This document shows positions 3,679-6,640 of a stretch of 6,640 nucleotides of DNA, in pieces. The stretch lies in IMG/VR virus record IMGVR_UViG_3300025851_000085. One strand, 5' to 3'. The notes under the pieces were generated by a model. It was given only the letters and a program-made list of their open reading frames with translations, had not been told where the DNA came from and did no database searches. The position numbers and the translations under genes were made by a program. Every line of letters begins with the position of its first letter. The stretch's first letter is position 1. Source of the stretch: a virus.

Positions 3679-5256
3679 ATGTACAAACTAGCCATCTTTC
3701 TTTTTTTCCTTTTTATTTCATCTTCAACTTTTGCCGTAACTTTTAAGCCGATAGGTAAAGCCAAATATTTTCCTCCCGTTCCTTATTCTTCAGCCGCTAT
3801 GAATACTGGTAAAATTCGTGGTGCCGTTACTATTGGCAATGCCTTTGCTATCGCTAAAATTAAACCGATGTCTGCTTTAGGTGTCGCTAAACAATTAGCT
3901 AAACGTCACCCTTTCACCTTAGCCGCTATGTTGGCATATGGTTATTACGAAGATGACATTGGGCAATGGATGGCATCACCACAGACCGATAACTTATTAA
4001 CCAAATCACCAAAAATCGAACAAATAGACGGTGTAACTGCTGTTGATAATATCGGTTACGATTATTTGGTTGGTGGTTCACATACTGAGCTTGATGTTGA
4101 TTCACTTTGTAAAAGTGTATTTCCTGAAACTGACCTACGTAGAAATGTTTCGGGTGCTTGGGAAACACTTTCTGTTGATGATACGGCAAAAAGTTACGGT
4201 GCTACCTGTACTATGGATAGATGGGACAATTGGGGTGGTCCACATTATGTTCAAACTGAACACCCTAGAATAATGATTGCTTATACAGATACTATGGTAG
4301 TTAGAAGTTGCCCTCCTGATGGTTACGCTTCTTATATAATACCCATTACAGAGGAAGATGGAACTATAGGTGCCTGTACCTCACACGAAGCACAAGAGGC
4401 AACAAAACCACAAATTTTACCAATGGATACTGCTGCTGATAATATGGGCGATAGTGTCATGGATACAATGCAACAAACTGACCCTGCAACACAATCACAG
4501 GGTGATACATGGGCTCCTTATGTAGACCCTTCAACGGGTAATGTCGAACCAGAATTTATTTCTTCATATAACGTCCCTGATGTTTCCCCAGAATTCAATG
4601 AAATGCTTAAAAGTGTTGCTAGTGGTCAAGCTCAAACTGCTGACCCTTTAGCCGCTCATTATGTTGACCCTGCAATGCTTGGAGCTACTCAAACCGCTGT
4701 TACTCAAGCTATGAATGATGCACCATTTATCGACCCTACAACTAGCACAATCGTTGAACCAACAACCTCCACGGAAGGAGCCGCTACACCTGAAACTATT
4801 CCTACTGGCGCAAGTGATTCTCCAATAAATATCACTATTGAAATGCCAGAAGATGACACGATTTCACAAACTGAATATGAAGCATCAAACGCGGCATTTT
4901 TTGACCAATTCGCGCAAGCTTCTGCTGATTCTCAAGCTAATGTTGATTTGAATATTGAGGAAATGAAAACTCAAGATTCTGATTTTATAGATAGCCTTAC
5001 ACCTGACATTATCGACGCTTCGGGGATACCTGATTTTCCATCATTAACGGGTCTTTGGTCTATTGGTGGTGGTTCTTGTGTTGCTTATACAACGGATTCA
5101 TCAATAGCAGGAAACACACGCACAATTACTTATGACAAACATTGTCCGACTTACAACAATGTTGTTCATCCTTTATTGGTTTGGTTTTTATATATCTCCA
5201 CAGCTTTATATATTATCCATTTAGCTGGGCGTACTTTTAAATCAACTGTTAGTTAA
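3679..5256 (+). CDS. Minor coat / host adsorption protein (pIII-like), 525 aa
   Basis: It occupies the position between gene VIII and gene VI. The N-terminal signal peptide is MYKLAIFLFFLFISSSTFA. The N-terminal domain contains Cys residues, followed by an acidic T/P/Q/D-rich linker (about aa 236-395). The C-terminus has a hydrophobic anchor (LLVWFLYISTALYIIHL) and a short basic tail. No sequence family recognised. Confidence 0.75.
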   Translation: MYKLAIFLFFLFISSSTFAVTFKPIGKAKYFPPVPYSSAAMNTGKIRGAVTIGNAFAIAKIKPMSALGVAKQLAKRHPFTLAAMLAYGYYEDDIGQWMASPQTDNLLTKSPKIEQIDGVTAVDNIGYDYLVGGSHTELDVDSLCKSVFPETDLRRNVSGAWETLSVDDTAKSYGATCTMDRWDNWGGPHYVQTEHPRIMIAYTDTMVVRSCPPDGYASYIIPITEEDGTIGACTSHEAQEATKPQILPMDTAADNMGDSVMDTMQQTDPATQSQGDTWAPYVDPSTGNVEPEFISSYNVPDVSPEFNEMLKSVASGQAQTADPLAAHYVDPAMLGATQTAVTQAMNDAPFIDPTTSTIVEPTTSTEGAATPETIPTGASDSPINITIEMPEDDTISQTEYEASNAAFFDQFAQASADSQANVDLNIEEMKTQDSDFIDSLTPDIIDASGIPDFPSLTGLWSIGGGSCVAYTTDSSIAGNTRTITYDKHCPTYNNVVHPLLVWFLYISTALYIIHLAGRTFKSTVS

Positions 5257-5266
5257 GGCGTAAATT

Positions 5267-5587
5267 ATGGGAATTATCGTAACTTTTTTTACAACAATGT
5301 TCGGGGGTATGACTTCCCTCATTGGTTTGTTTCTAGCTCGTAAAGCTACCTTTTCATTAGCTTATATTGTTATCTATATTGCTTTAACGGGGCTTTTCAT
5401 GGCTTCTATTACTTCGTTGATTGGTGGGCTATCAAGTTCTGCTCCTTCAAACGGTTTATTGCAAGCAGGTTTATCTTTATTACCATCTAATTCGGGTCAG
5501 TGTATCGGTGCTATTTCAGCCGCGCATATAGCCTCATATTTATTCGTAATGAAAAACAAATTACTTAACTTAAAAGTAAAATCTTAG
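5267..5587 (+). CDS. gVI: Minor coat protein pVI homologue, 106 aa
   Basis: Very hydrophobic ORF between the pIII-like gene and gene I. AGLSLLPSNSGQCIGAISAAHIASYLFVMKNKLL aligns by eye with recalled M13 pVI GVQLILPSNALPCFYVILSVKAAIFIFDVKQKIV. SD AAGG. Confidence 0.8.
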   Translation: MGIIVTFFTTMFGGMTSLIGLFLARKATFSLAYIVIYIALTGLFMASITSLIGGLSSSAPSNGLLQAGLSLLPSNSGQCIGAISAAHIASYLFVMKNKLLNLKVKS

Positions 5588-5596
5588 GGGTTTATT

Positions 5597-6640
5597 ATGG
5601 CGGCATTTTTTGAGGGTTCGAGGGGATCGGGAAAATCTAAATATTCGGTTGAACGTATGCAAAACCGTTTAAAATCTGGTCGCGCTGTTGCAACTAATCT
5701 CGATTTATTTCTTGATAAATTACTTCCTGACAACCCTAAAGCGCATTATGTTCGCCTACCTGATTTTCCGCGCTCAAGTGATTTATTGTTACTTGATAAT
5801 GCCTATCCTGAACTTGACCATGACGACCCAAAAACATACAACGATGATAAGTTTGGTTGTGTTGTCCTTGATGAACTTTTAACTTCTTTTAACTCTAGAA
5901 CTTGGAACGACCCAGACAGGGTAGAGGTTGTAAATTGGATAGTTCAAAGTCGAAAATATGGGTGGGATTTATGTTTAATTGGTCAATCTATTGATGGTGT
6001 TGATAAGCAAATAAAAGAAACTGTAATTGATGAACTCTATTCTTTTCGTAGTTCTCAAAATATGTTCGGGGGTGTTTTTTGGAATTTATTTTTCAAACCT
6101 TGGTGGACTAAAGTTGTCCCTAAATTTCATATTTGCACACGTTATGATGGAAGAAAAAAAGATAAAAACCAGAAGATAGGGGGAGACCATTTTAGACGTA
6201 ACGATTTACACGATTGTTATAAAACTGGTCAACAATTTAAAAAAGACGTTCGTTTAATTGCTCCAGAAAAGGGTAATAAAATGATAGAAATTGATGATCG
6301 GGCGAGTTATTCCGTTTTGCATCCTCATTATTTTGGAGTTCCAAAAGTTGAAAAAGCAAGCGCTGAAAGTGAAACGGTAAAACCAGAAATTCCAGAAATT
6401 CCAGAAGAATTAAAAAAACGAGCTAAGGTAATAGAGGCTCAAACCTCACCGTATTTTTTGCTAGCGCTTCTCGTTGTTTTTGGTGGTCTTTACTATTTCA
6501 TTAATGATTGGTCAGCACAGCAAACGATTAAGAAAACAACAAAACCTGACATTCCGCTATCAACATTTGATAAAGGCGATTTTTTTACAAATTCAGTTGA
6601 CGCTTTAAGAAATTCTGACTTGGGACAGATTTTTATAAAT
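5597..6640 (+). CDS. gI: Gene I assembly ATPase (pI / Zot family), 5' 348 codons; the ORF is open to the window end and continues at 2..343
   Basis: Not in the ORF track because there is no stop within the window. SD AGGGG with a 6-nt spacer. Walker A is GSRGSGKS and Walker B is GCVVLDE. Segments match recalled M13 pI by eye: ATNLDL, RLPDFPRSSDLL with RIPDKPSISDLL, FNSRTWNDPDR with FNTRSWNDKER, and SRKYGWDLCLIGQSIDGVDKQ with ARKLGWDIIFLVQDLSIVDKQ. A transmembrane segment YFLLALLVVFGGLYYFI lies at about 6452-6502. Confidence 0.92.
   Translation, partial: MAAFFEGSRGSGKSKYSVERMQNRLKSGRAVATNLDLFLDKLLPDNPKAHYVRLPDFPRSSDLLLLDNAYPELDHDDPKTYNDDKFGCVVLDELLTSFNSRTWNDPDRVEVVNWIVQSRKYGWDLCLIGQSIDGVDKQIKETVIDELYSFRSSQNMFGGVFWNLFFKPWWTKVVPKFHICTRYDGRKKDKNQKIGGDHFRRNDLHDCYKTGQQFKKDVRLIAPEKGNKMIEIDDRASYSVLHPHYFGVPKVEKASAESETVKPEIPEIPEELKKRAKVIEAQTSPYFLLALLVVFGGLYYFINDWSAQQTIKKTTKPDIPLSTFDKGDFFTNSVDALRNSDLGQIFIN
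6383..6409 (+). repeat. 9-bp tandem repeat (ccagaaatt x2 plus ccagaagaa) encoding PEI-PEI-PEE within gene I
   Basis: Direct reading of 6383-6409. The repeat is in frame, in the cytoplasmic linker upstream of the pI transmembrane segment. Confidence 0.9.
6514..6640. repeat. Right copy of the exact 127-bp terminal direct repeat (identical to 1-127)
   Basis: Base-by-base identity with 1-127. Confidence 0.95.

Larger units (their letters stand above)
1..6513 (+). mobile_element. One complete unit of a circular filamentous phage (inovirus-like) genome, permuted so that it opens inside gene I
   Basis: Ff-like gene order (II, V, small ORFs, VIII, III, VI, I). There is an exact 127-bp terminal redundancy, and the gene I ORF is continuous across the junction. 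Coding is compact and nearly all on one strand. Confidence 0.85.

Noticed and set aside
3651-3689. 12-codon mini-ORF (ATGAATTATGATTTTAAG...) between the hairpin and the pIII-like gene
   Set aside because: It is too short, lacks an SD and overlaps the SD and start of the pIII-like gene. It is most likely leader sequence.
3926-4189. 87-aa minus-strand ORF inside the pIII-like gene
   Set aside because: It is embedded antisense in a long, well-supported ORF. Its composition is odd (His/Gln/Asn/Tyr-rich) and it has no ribosome-binding site.
4228-4255. TTATGTTCAAA (4245-4255) resembling the XerD arm of dif (TTATGTTAAAT)
   Set aside because: It lies inside the pIII-like coding sequence. The 17 nt upstream show no XerC-arm similarity, so it is not a credible attP.
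4043-4273. 76-aa plus-strand ORF out of frame inside the pIII-like gene
   Set aside because: It overlaps the pIII frame completely. It is a hydrophobic, AT-driven off-frame artefact with no SD.
5688-5882. 64-aa plus-strand ORF out of frame inside gene I
   Set aside because: It lies within the region of gene I that matches the Walker A/B and Ff pI motifs in another frame. It has a non-ATG start, a low-complexity hydrophobic translation and no SD.
1-6640. CRISPR arrays, tRNA/rRNA genes, IS elements or toxin-antitoxin pairs
   Set aside because: I saw no spaced repeat array, cloverleaf-like GC-rich segments, transposase-sized ORF or terminal inverted repeats. The only long repeat is the 127-bp terminal redundancy, which circularity explains.

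Overview
The window appears to be one complete, circularly permuted genome of an AT-rich filamentous ssDNA phage (Inoviridae-like). The unit length is 6513 bp, and the first 127 bp recur exactly at the end (1-127 = 6514-6640). All large genes are on the + strand in Ff-like order. A small intergenic region (344-674) is followed by two small unknown ORFs and a gene II-type replication initiator with a possible nested gene X-like start. Next come a gene V-like ssDNA-binding protein, three tiny hydrophobic ORFs (pVII/pIX-like, missing from the ORF track), the major coat protein (pVIII-like) and a GC-rich hairpin. These are followed by a 525-aa pIII-like adsorption protein, a pVI homologue and a pI/Zot-type assembly ATPase whose ORF runs off the window end and finishes at 343. 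Similarity to M13/f1 pI, pII and pVI was judged by eye against sequences recalled from memory, not by a search. Five points deserve follow-up. (1) The genome looks circular and complete. (2) There is no pIV secretin gene. (3) Two overlapping ribbon-helix-helix-like genes lie antisense between gene II and gene V, next to a perfect palindrome in a divergent control region. (4) An Ff nick-site-like motif (GTTCTTTAGTGG) abuts the GC-rich hairpin after the coat gene. (5) In-frame internal starts could give pX- and pXI-like proteins. I saw no integrase, tRNA, rRNA or CRISPR array. The host cannot be determined from the sequence alone.
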